Of a stretch of DNA of 64,000 nt, positions 26,569 to 36,016 are shown one piece after another. A model generated the notes under the pieces. That model made no database searches. It saw only the letters and a list, made by a program, of their open reading frames with translations, and was not told the DNA's origin. The stretch's first letter is position 1. Each line of letters starts with the position of its first letter. Source of the stretch: Macrostomum lignano (taxonomy: Eukaryota); assembly GCA_002269645.1 (NCBI GenBank), contig NIVC01001953.1:1-64000 (forward strand), given 5' to 3'. The position numbers and the translations under genes are program-made.

Positions 26569-26641
26569 AGAGAGATGTTATAGTATAATTGAGTCATATC
26601 GAGTTACATTGCAAGGCTGCTAACAAAACCAAAAAGACATC

Positions 26642-27994
26642 ATGGGCAATCATTTGTACAGCAATCAGCCGGAGACTGAGACGGAGCCGAAGCCCAAACA
26701 GTCATTCGACGCTAAGGCTGTCGCGTCAGCTTTGAAAGTCATACTCCGACTGACTGAGGTGAGACCCAGCCTGTGTGACATCTTGAAGTCAGTAGCTGAA
26801 CTTCAAGTCGGTCTTGGAGACGCTGAAAACACAGCAAAAAATAGAGTCGCTGATAAAAAGGAATTCTTCGAATTTCAAAAGGAACTTCAAAAAGTCATAC
26901 AGATTGCCAAAGATATTCTTATAAGACTAACGGACTTTGGTAGGAATGCCGAACTACTTAATGGAGGAATGGAGCTTTCAAAAGACCAGCTGATCGGGCT
27001 GTTGCGCAGCCAACTAGAGATTTGTACCTGGCTTCTGGCGCAGAAAAGCAAAACCGAGCATGAAAGGACGTTTTTAAAGGCAAAGGAGGAGAGTGACAAG
27101 TTCTACGAATTTCTTCGATCACAGGAAAGAAGTTATTTCAATCGTTTTTTCGGACCAACAGGTACGTTTTATCAATATTGGAAGAATATCGCAAAAAATG
27201 TAAGTTATTTCGCTGGCGAATTCCACACAAGCTTCAGCAATGTCCCAAAGCTACCAGAAGAGGCGCAACTTGCTGAGTTTGAAAGTAAGGAAGCAGTACA
27301 AATAATTAAAGCGACGCTCTTTACCAAAAAATACGAAAAAGTTGTCAAAGACGCAAGAACCCTATCGCTTCTGCAAAAAGGTATTCGCCCGACAGATTTA
27401 GCAGTAATAGCTGAAAGTTGGAACCACATTTCTCCAAAACTAGAGAAATTCGGAATTGATACTAAGTTGATCACAAGCTCGGCTGAAGAACTCTTCAAAT
27501 CATCAGCCACTCTTGCTAGAGACAGCAGAGAGGTCTTCAGGCTGTTGCAGGAGTTTCAAAAAAGCCCGTCACAGGATAAGCACACACAATTACAGGAAAA
27601 GCTGGATTCGTTTAGACAGGCCATTAGCGAATTTTCATCCGCTGTTCACGGCTTGATGGATAATTTCAAGACAACTATTGCTGATGTCGAACAAATTCAA
27701 AAAAGTTACGTATCCATCGCGTTTCATGCGAAAATAATTGAAGCGGGCAAGGAAAAATTTTTTGATTGGCTGCGGTCAATTCCTCTGTTGTGTCGCTTTG
27801 TGGGTGCATCAGAAAATTCTGAACCTGAGGTAGTCACTTGCGACCCGCTGCTAAACTCCTGCTTCGAGAAGATCCAAAAATTTGCTGACGAACTTCACGA
27901 CACTAGCCTTGGAGTTCTGGATTTGCAGCGACACTACCGTGATTTCCCCATTAACTGGAGCAATGGCGAGCCCACCTATTCTCATCGTGAATGA
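26642..27994 (+). CDS. Uncharacterised intronless helical protein, divergent paralog B (450 aa), starts MGNHLYS
   Basis: Shares the blocks LLxSQLxICxWLL, TFLxAKE, PKLxEEAxLxxFESK, RTLS, EVxxLxxEFQKxP and CDxLLxxC with paralogs A and C at the same spacing. Confidence 0.88.
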   Translation: MGNHLYSNQPETETEPKPKQSFDAKAVASALKVILRLTEVRPSLCDILKSVAELQVGLGDAENTAKNRVADKKEFFEFQKELQKVIQIAKDILIRLTDFGRNAELLNGGMELSKDQLIGLLRSQLEICTWLLAQKSKTEHERTFLKAKEESDKFYEFLRSQERSYFNRFFGPTGTFYQYWKNIAKNVSYFAGEFHTSFSNVPKLPEEAQLAEFESKEAVQIIKATLFTKKYEKVVKDARTLSLLQKGIRPTDLAVIAESWNHISPKLEKFGIDTKLITSSAEELFKSSATLARDSREVFRLLQEFQKSPSQDKHTQLQEKLDSFRQAISEFSSAVHGLMDNFKTTIADVEQIQKSYVSIAFHAKIIEAGKEKFFDWLRSIPLLCRFVGASENSEPEVVTCDPLLNSCFEKIQKFADELHDTSLGVLDLQRHYRDFPINWSNGEPTYSHRE

Positions 27995-29823
27995 TTTTAC
28001 CATGCTTTCTAATGTTGTGTGCATGAGCTTCACGAATAATAGGGGTGAACTTTAACGAAATAGCAGAAATAAGAACAGATTTATTATTAATTTTAGAACT
28101 TCTGTGAAATTTCACAAGTTAGCTCAGTCTATTGAGCACTCATACTCGTATAACCTTCATTTAGCATATGCAGGGATCATGAAACAGTTGCATTTTGATG
28201 AACAGGAAAATGCGAGTATAAGATTGACATAAGGCACATTGACACATTGACATAATTGTAAATTGTAAATTGTAAATTCACCGTAAGTAGCTATAGCCAT
28301 ATGAAATCAAGATAGCTATAAGAGTGCTCAACAGATTAAACTGCATGGTTTTTGAAAAAGAGAATTTCGCTGCGTCATGTCTAAGTATAAAAAAACCTTT
28401 TAGTACCTTCTTATTCGAGCCGTTCTTTTTCAGAAGCAGTTTTTTGTACTCGTAAATATGAAATCTTTTTAGGCGCAAGTGTAGCCGCTGCAGCTTAGCA
28501 GTCCCTGTCTCTCTCATCTGTACTGTGCCAGCGATGCTATGTGCTTGTACATTTGAACTTAGTATCTCTTTTTGCTTTTTGCTTGAAATGATGCTAAGCG
28601 TTACTATACAAAAGCAAAAAATAAAAATGATATATGCAGCTATATGAGCTTGAAACCGTCACTCGTCAATTGTCGCTTTACCAAATTTTGTCACTAACAG
28701 GCAAAATACGGCAGCTAGCTACAGCTACAGAACAGACCAACTTCAATTGAATGAATTCAAATGCAACCACGCAGTCAATGAAAAAGTTATGTCCACTATA
28801 TTAGCTGGATGAAAATGAGCCATAACCTATCTCTACATGATTCATCATCTACAGTCGATATTTATCATTACGATGTTATAGGGGTTTAAACTCCCTGGAT
28901 ATTTTTGCTGCTTAAAATGAATTCATGATATAGAAAACCCAATGCTTTAAAACACTTAATGGGACGGCTTCTTAGCTTCTGATATGACCACGATCACATA
29001 ACGCATCGATTCATAGGTTTATCGACTTAATAACAGCAAAAATGCTACTGAAGACTCAAATTGGAGCGGGATTAGCGTTCTTCCTAATCTCTGAAATGCA
29101 TTTTTATAATTGGATTTCTCGTCGCAAGATTGTCTGCGCCTGCGGTAAAACATCCATTCGATGCGTTGGGAGAACACGCAATTCTTCGTTTTTTCCGCTT
29201 CAAATAGATTAAAGAAGTAAAGAAAACAAAATAAATTAATGAACGATCTTCTTGCGGACGCAAAGAGCCTGTTGCTTGTAAAATGATGGTTTTAACGGTT
29301 TAGCTCCTTAATTAAAAAATCGTGGAAATATTGTTAGCAAGATGCACATAAGCAGCTGGAAAATCTTGGACAGCATTGTTAAGCATAACATAATCGCCGC
29401 TTGACTTTAGTTTGACTTTTAGCTCTGAATATTGTTCAAATCGACTGCTGTTTGCCCTTTGTATTAAAAATGTTGTTAAATCTGGACCGGGGGACATTGT
29501 ATTCGCTTCGATGCTTTCCTCCATTTTTGTTTGTTTGTATATTGCTAATTGGTATATACAGTTTTGAACTGGCATAATTTAATTCCTTGAATTTTAGTAC
29601 CCGAATATTTAAGCAGAACCAAAAATATCACTATCCGCCAGACACGTCAGATAGATTACTAAGAGATTAGAGGGGTTTACGTAGTTGCCAGCCAGAAATT
29701 TGTCAATCAAAGTTTACCAGCCAGCTGACTGGTTAAGCACAGTCTTATAATTCATAAGTATATTTACTCCTATATTTACTCATAGACATTCATGAAATTG
29801 ATGTCTCATCGATGGGTGAGGTG

Positions 29824-30877
29824 TGTTGTACTATGGTTTTCTCGGGGTGGCCTGGTAGGTCTTTGAATCCCACCGCTGCCACCAGTGTTGTACCTGTGGT
29901 TGTCCTGCTGTACAGCGCAGTGACTTGGGCTCCGTCCTCTCACTTAGAAGCCTTCTTAACTTTAGTAGCGTAGGTAGTGCTGCCACCAGTTCCTTCAGGT
30001 CTCGGCCTTCGGTGAGGTGAGCTTCCCGTCGGAACGAAATAATGAAGTCAACGAACACAGCACCTAGTGCAGATTTGCAGTTCAACGTACTAGGCGTCTC
30101 GTCAGCCGTACCTGCCGGGCTTGGATGGCAGAGGGAGGGCTGAGTTAGTCTCTCGTAGGCTTGTGGCGCTTTAGTCGGGTCTCAGTCAGACCAATACGAA
30201 CAGACTCAATGTATGCAGAGACTCAGACACTCGGGACGTAATCACACGGAAGAACAAGACTAGCACAGAACTAGACACAGAACAGACTCCTTGACGGAAA
30301 CAAGGGGGAGAGGGCTCCTATTTATAGCCGGGAAACACCCACGCAGAAGACCTCGTGACTTTTTCTATTTTTAGAACTGACGTCACTCGAGAGTCTTGGG
30401 CAGGGTAGAAGCGTGCGGAAGACCTCGTGACTTGTTCTATTTTTAGAACTGACGTCACTTGAGGTCCCCGGCCAGAGTACACGCGGCTGTGACTCAGTTG
30501 CTATTTTTAGCAACATGAGTCACTCCTCTCCTTAGAGAAGGGAGGGGTCCGAAAGCACGTGACTCACCCGGTAAACAGGGCCAACGAGTGCAGTAAACAT
30601 GTTTACTGCACTTTAGGACTTGAAGAACGCAGAGTCTGTCATGTGACTTGCTCACATGACAGAGGAAAACGGGACGGGAACGAAACAGAGACAGCCCACA
30701 GCAGAGAAGCTAAGGGCTGAGAACAAAGACGCAAAAGGCCAGAACAGGCCAAGGGCAGCAGCAGACAGACGAAAGGGAGGGGCGGGAAGCTGACCAGCGG
30801 CATACAGCAACCCAGGGCGAAGGCGAGGGAACAGCTGACAAGGGCGACGCCTAACCAAAAACTAGCGGCTCACTACA
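29824..30877 (-). mobile_element. Solo LTR (1054 bp), probably Ty3/Gypsy type
   Basis: Termini TGTTGTA...CACTACA and 4-bp TSD GGTG (29820-29823, 30878-30881). TATAAATA on the - strand at 30326-30319. Duplicated ~43-bp enhancer-like repeat containing TGACGTCA. Confidence 0.8.
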
Positions 30878-31228
30878 GGTGAGAAATGACTGAAACGTGG
30901 CGAAGCAGTCACAAATACAAAGTGAGATGTAAAGCACATGTAACACTTGTCTGGCTGGTAAATGTTCCACAAATACTTTTTCATCAGTAGACTTAACTGT
31001 TTCTTAACAAAAGAGAACTTCTAAAATTAATTTAGCCCAAAGCTGTTGTCATATCTAAATATACTGGTATATTAACGCTCGTATGTAACCTTATTGGTAG
31101 TTTGATAGTACCATAATTATTTACCTGCACTTATAATATGAGCGCAAACGCACAAAACTTGAGAATAAAATCTACAATTAACAACAACACAACAACAAAA
31201 TACGCTGTCATGATGGTAAAAGTCAGCG

Positions 31229-34080
31229 TCACAGGGCGCGCTTCATGGCTTGGGCGCGAACAAAGGCCGCGCCACCGGCAGTGTCCGGGGCGCCGGCGTC
31301 AGCCAGCAGACAGTCGACATAACGCCGAGTTCGCGCTTGACCTCGCCGGTAGGGTGCCTGCAGCGTGAGCAGCAGCACCTCCTGCACCGGCTGTGGGCAG
31401 TACGACTCGGCGCGGATGAGATGGCCTGCGAGCTGGAGTCGCCGACGGCGCAGTAGATCACTTGGACGTGGCAGGCCAGCGCGGCGATAGAGTGCCGCGT
31501 TGGTGACTCGCTCGACGCCGATGTTGAAGGCGGCGCGCAGCAGACCAGCGTGCGCCGCATCGACTTGCTGTTCGAGTGAGTCCGTCAGCGTCCAGGTCTC
31601 GGCGTTGTACAGCAGGACGGTCTCGATCACCGCCTGGAACAGCGCCGCCCTCTGGCGGTCCGGTAGGGCCTCGGACTGCAGGACTGCCCTCACAGAACGA
31701 AAGGCAGCCCAGGCAAGCCCGCGGCGGCGTCGCAGGTCCTCGCGAGCGTCTGGAACCAGACCGCCGAGGTAAACGAACTGCTGACATCGCGGGAGTTCGG
31801 TCGCCTGCCCGTCAGCGCCTCGGCAGAATATTGCAGCCTCGATGTCGTCCGGCACGCAGAGCACGACGGTCTTCTGCGTGTTGACCACCAGGCCGACACT
31901 CGCCGCAACGGCAACCAGCCTGTCCAGCTGCCGTTGGGCGCCCTCGACGGTCGAGGACAGCAGGGCGAGGTCGTCGGCGTAGCCAAGCACGCTGAGCCGC
32001 TTCTCCGGTTGACGTCGACCCACGCGTCGCTGCAGCAGAAAACCGTCGTCGTCGGTAGGAAGAGCAGTCCGCAGCACCCAGTCAAGCACCAGGACGAACA
32101 GGAACGGCGCCAGCGTATCTCCCTGAAGCACTCCGGAGGATGTCTCAAAGGAGTCCGATAGGCCGTCCGGTGTTGTCACAGCAGCTGTCGTATCACGGTA
32201 CATCGCCATGATGGCGGAGATCAGCTGCTCAGGCACGTTGTACGCGCGGAGCACCATTGGAAGCACGGCTCTGACAACCGAGTCGAATGCCTTCTTGAAA
32301 TCAATAAAGATTAAAATCAGGATCGACTGACGAATCCGCGCCTCCTCGATGACTCGGCGAAGAGCCAGGATCTGCGCCACTGTGCCGCGATGGGGCCGGA
32401 ACCCGTTCTGCTCTGGGCGCAGGTACGGATCCAGCACGGGCTGCAACCGCGAAAGCAGCATCCGGTTGAACAGCTTCGCTGCACAGGACTGAAGGCAGAT
32501 GCCTCGATGGTCTTCAAGCCTAGTGGTGCCCGGCTTCTTTGGAACAGCGACGATGTGCGCCGTGGTCCATTCGTTGGGCGCCGCCTCACCGAAGAGCACG
32601 CGGTTCATCACTCTGGCGACCTCAGCGGCCACACAGGGGATGCGCAGCGCCTCGATGGGCACCTCGTCCGGACCCAGCGCTTTCCCGCCCGGTGACTGCT
32701 GGGCGAGCTTGACAACGTCGGCTGCGTTGACTGGGGCTACGCTGAAACTCTCCTCTGCCGGCAGCGGCGTCTCCGGCGGCAGCGTCAGACTGTCTGGCAG
32801 CGGGGGTGGCGGCGCGTTGACGATGGCGGCGAAGAACTCGCGCAGCTCGTTCCTGCGCTCGTCCGGCGTGTCACCAGCCAGGTGCAGCGGATTGCGCCGC
32901 TTTCGTCCCGTCAGAGCGTTAATGGCGGACCAGGCCACGCGCCCTCTGGCATCGGGCCCAGCGGCAGAGACAGCCTGAATGGCGTCATCGACAGCCGCTT
33001 GTTGGCGCTGCAGGTAGACAGCTGCCAGAGCTGCCTCTGCCTCGCGGGTTGGTCGCCTGCTCAAGCGGAGCTTCTCCAGATCTTCCCTCGCTGCCTGAAT
33101 CGCAGGGTCGTCCTGCCAGACCGGCTGCCCACGTTGAGCCGGTTGCATCATCGGGACTGCTTGCTCCGCGGCGGTTCTGACTGCAGCGCACACTATCGCA
33201 TACTCGGCACTTCCACGCTTGTCGCCCAGCACGGTGTTAAAGGCGCTAGCAAAGCGACGCTGCGTATCGGTGGCTCTGAGCGCGCGGTAGTAGCGCCGCG
33301 GTGGCCGCTTCGGCGGACGGTAGAGCGGATCGCGAAGGTTGAGGTCGCAGATGAGGAGCCGGTGATCGGACCGCAGAGCCAGCGGCGTGATGGTTCGGCA
33401 GTTGACGGCGCGACGACGCTCACGGAAACGCACGAGCACGTGGTCGAGCTGTGCTTGTCTCCGGGTTGCGTTCCTGCCACGCGCGTTCCGTCGCCTCCGC
33501 TTGCAGCCCACGAAGGTTGCGAGACCGCTCAGTGGCTTGCGGAAGCGGGTGTTGGCCGACACCATGTCCTGCCTCTCCAGGAAGTCCTCCAGTGCCTCGG
33601 TGTTGTTGTTCCCGCGTGGCGTCACGAACAGCGACCTCTCGGACCTACGCAGGACTGCGTTCAGGTCTCCGAGGGCGACCGCTGTGTCACGCTGCGCCGT
33701 CGCCTCTACCTGCACTGAGAGCTGCTCGAAAAACTCTTGAGCCTCGTCAGGGCGTGTGGCAGGGGGCGCGTACGCGCAGAACAGGCGAGCATTCCGACCG
33801 CGTAGCCGGACGTCGATCCGAAGCAACCGAGGGGACAGGGAGACGCAGCGACAGCTCTGCTGCAGCCTCGGCCCGATCAGCGCTCCAACTCCTCCACGGC
33901 CTCGCTGGTCCGCACAAGTATAGTAGAGGGTCCACCCGGCGCCCAAGTCCTCACAATGAAGTCCCGGGTCGGCCTTGATAGACACCTCCTGCAGCGAGAT
34001 GATGTCGCAGCTCAGGTCGTACGCCAGCTTCGCCAAGCAGCCTTGAGAGTGCGGCAGTTCAGCGTCCCGACCCGAAGCAT
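31229..34080 (-). CDS. AP endonuclease + reverse transcriptase polyprotein (one frameshift near 34040)
   Basis: MLRVGTLNCRTL (ATG 34080) lies in a different frame from LAKLAYDLSCDIISLQEV. Motifs GDLNA, QLDHVL, SDHRLL, QNGFRPHRGT, FIDFKKAFDSV, GVLQGDTLAP, YADDLALL, YLGG and LLYNAETW are present. Confidence 0.95.
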
Positions 34081-34259
34081 GCCCTGTGGTACGGCTGGGG
34101 CTCGATGCAGTTGAGCCTCACGGTCCCCGGCGCCACCCGGAAGATCCGAGTGGACCCGCGCGGCAGCTCGACGGGCGGCGCCACGCAGCCGGCCTCGTCG
34201 GTTCCGCTCACGCCGGCGCTCAACACGCCGACGGGCGCTCCGCTGCCCTCGCTTGGTCC

Positions 34260-34345
34260 TGCCGCATTTGGCCGCCGCAGCAGTTAAGCGCGGCTCTCGG
34301 CTCTGACCACGAGGAGGTAGCGGCATTTATCTGCACCGTGGTGCA
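34260..34345 (-). ncRNA. HDV-like self-cleaving ribozyme motif at the 5' end of the RTE element (P1 5' strand apparently lost)
   Basis: Minus strand: P2 TGCCGC (34325-34320), P3/L3 ACC-TCCTCGT-GGT (34318-34306), P1' CAGAGCC, P4 GCCGC...GCGGC, GGCCAAA junction, P2' GCGGCA (34265-34260). J1/2-type hairpin at 34332-34345. Confidence 0.6.
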
Positions 34346-34628
34346 AATAAATTAAGACTGCAAATAAATTAAGACTGCAAATAAATTAAGACTGCAAATA
34401 AATTAAGACTGCAAATAAATTAAGACTGCAAATAAATTAAGACTGCAAATAAATTAAGACTGCAAATAAATTAAGACTGCAAATAAATTAAGACTGCAAA
34501 TAAATTAAGACTGCAAATAAATTAAGACTGCAAATAAATTAAGACTGCAAATAAATTAAGACTGCAAATAAATTAAGACTGCAAATAAATTAAGACTGCA
34601 AATAAATTAAGACTGCAAATAAATTAAG
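34346..34628. repeat. 17-bp tandem repeat AATAAATTAAGACTGCA, ~16.5 copies, at the 5' junction of the RTE
   Basis: Perfect units ending exactly at the TSD. Confidence 0.95.
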
Positions 34629-34672
34629 ACAATTAGTTACAGAAACACTGCTGACCGAAACTACAATAAGTC

Positions 34673-36016
34673 ATGGGAAGCTCGCAATCGAAGCCGTCGT
34701 TCTTTACCAAGGCGGTCAGGCCGGCAGCAAGCGTTATTATTCGGCTCGATGAGGTGAGACTCCGCCTGGTCGAGTGCCTGAAACCTCTCGTAACGCTTTC
34801 AATGGATGAGCTGATCCAGGATTTCAATAATAATATCAGCGTTTCCACCCAGCGGAAATTTGTAATGTTCAGAGATCGACTGGTCAAACTCGTGGAAACT
34901 GCCAAAAATATTTATGACAAACTGGAGCAGTTCGAACAAATCAATTTACAACTGAAAAGCGGCTGCCCCAACGAGACAGTGCTGGCCGAGCTACTGAGCA
35001 GTCAGCTGAAGATTTGCATCTGGCTTCTAGAAGACACAAACAGAAATAAACTTACAGAAACTTTTCTCAAGGCAAAGGAAGCGGGCGAAAAGATTTTTCA
35101 GTATCTTAACTCGTGGATTCAACTCGTAGGACGCCTCCTCAAAGGCATAGACATGCGTACATGTATACTTTGGAAGGATGCCGCACTCCAGGTTATGTCA
35201 TCTGTGGATCAGTTTAACAGCTGTCTGGCGGATCTACCGAAGTTGACTGAGGAGGCTCGCTGGTGCAACTTCGAGAGCAAAGATGTGGCTGATTTGATCC
35301 AGTCGACATTTATGCTTGACGCGGCGACTGGATGGGGCTGCGGAACGACGCAGCGCACTCCAGGATGTGCTGATGACAGCAGCATTCAAACGCTTTTGAG
35401 AACTGTGAGAACTTTATCAATTATACAGAGCAGTCAGCAGCAATTGCAATGCCAAAAACTAACCGAAGAATGGAATCTTGCGAACGAACAGTTAAACACA
35501 TTTCCAAGCTTGAGAATCTATTCCGAAAGAGTAACAAGCTCTATTGTACAACTGGGTTCAGTATCTGTCACCATTGGAAAATACAATCAAGAGGTCTGCA
35601 ATCTGATGAAAGAATTCCAGAAAGCTCCCTCGCCTGAGATGCAAAGAAAATTAGAAGGTAAACTCGAACTGCTTCAGAAACAGATGTGTGAATTGTGCTG
35701 CGAAGTCAATGCTTTGCGGGAAAATATAGAGAAAACGATCGAAGCAGTCAGAAAAATCAAACGTAGGGATTCTACAAACGATGAAGGCTTTTTTAAACGG
35801 ATTTGGTCGAAAATATGTCGACTGGTTACTGGGGAAGAGACGGTTGATGTCAGCGAAAGTCTGCTAAACTGTTGCCTCGAGCGGATAATAGAATTTACCG
35901 AAGAAGCTCGCACGGGCTGCGAGGGAGTCAACGTGTTGCATCAGCGGTTCCGACGCATCGCAACCGACAGTGGTTGTTACTTTTCAAGTGGTCACTTGTA
36001 CTTTGATGCGCACTAA
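34673..36016 (+). CDS. Uncharacterised intronless helical protein, paralog C (447 aa), N-myristoylation motif MGSSQSK
   Basis: Close paralog of 23415-24761 (both end GxLYFDAH). The 5' and 3' flanks are also homologous. Confidence 0.88.
   Translation: MGSSQSKPSFFTKAVRPAASVIIRLDEVRLRLVECLKPLVTLSMDELIQDFNNNISVSTQRKFVMFRDRLVKLVETAKNIYDKLEQFEQINLQLKSGCPNETVLAELLSSQLKICIWLLEDTNRNKLTETFLKAKEAGEKIFQYLNSWIQLVGRLLKGIDMRTCILWKDAALQVMSSVDQFNSCLADLPKLTEEARWCNFESKDVADLIQSTFMLDAATGWGCGTTQRTPGCADDSSIQTLLRTVRTLSIIQSSQQQLQCQKLTEEWNLANEQLNTFPSLRIYSERVTSSIVQLGSVSVTIGKYNQEVCNLMKEFQKAPSPEMQRKLEGKLELLQKQMCELCCEVNALRENIEKTIEAVRKIKRRDSTNDEGFFKRIWSKICRLVTGEETVDVSESLLNCCLERIIEFTEEARTGCEGVNVLHQRFRRIATDSGCYFSSGHLYFDAH

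Larger units (their letters stand above)
31181..34628 (-). mobile_element. RTE-like non-LTR retrotransposon, near full length
   Basis: 7-bp TSD ACAATTA (31174-31180, 34629-34635), (TTG)n-like 3' tail on the - strand, and a single endonuclease-RT ORF. Confidence 0.9.

Noticed and set aside
29312-29575. 87-aa minus-strand ORF between paralog B and the LTR
   Set aside because: It is AT-rich with no recognisable motif or convincing splice sites, and cannot be supported without a search.
31243-33978. Multiple overlapping and antisense ORFs inside the RTE
   Set aside because: They are shadows of a GC-rich coding sequence and have no domain-like content.
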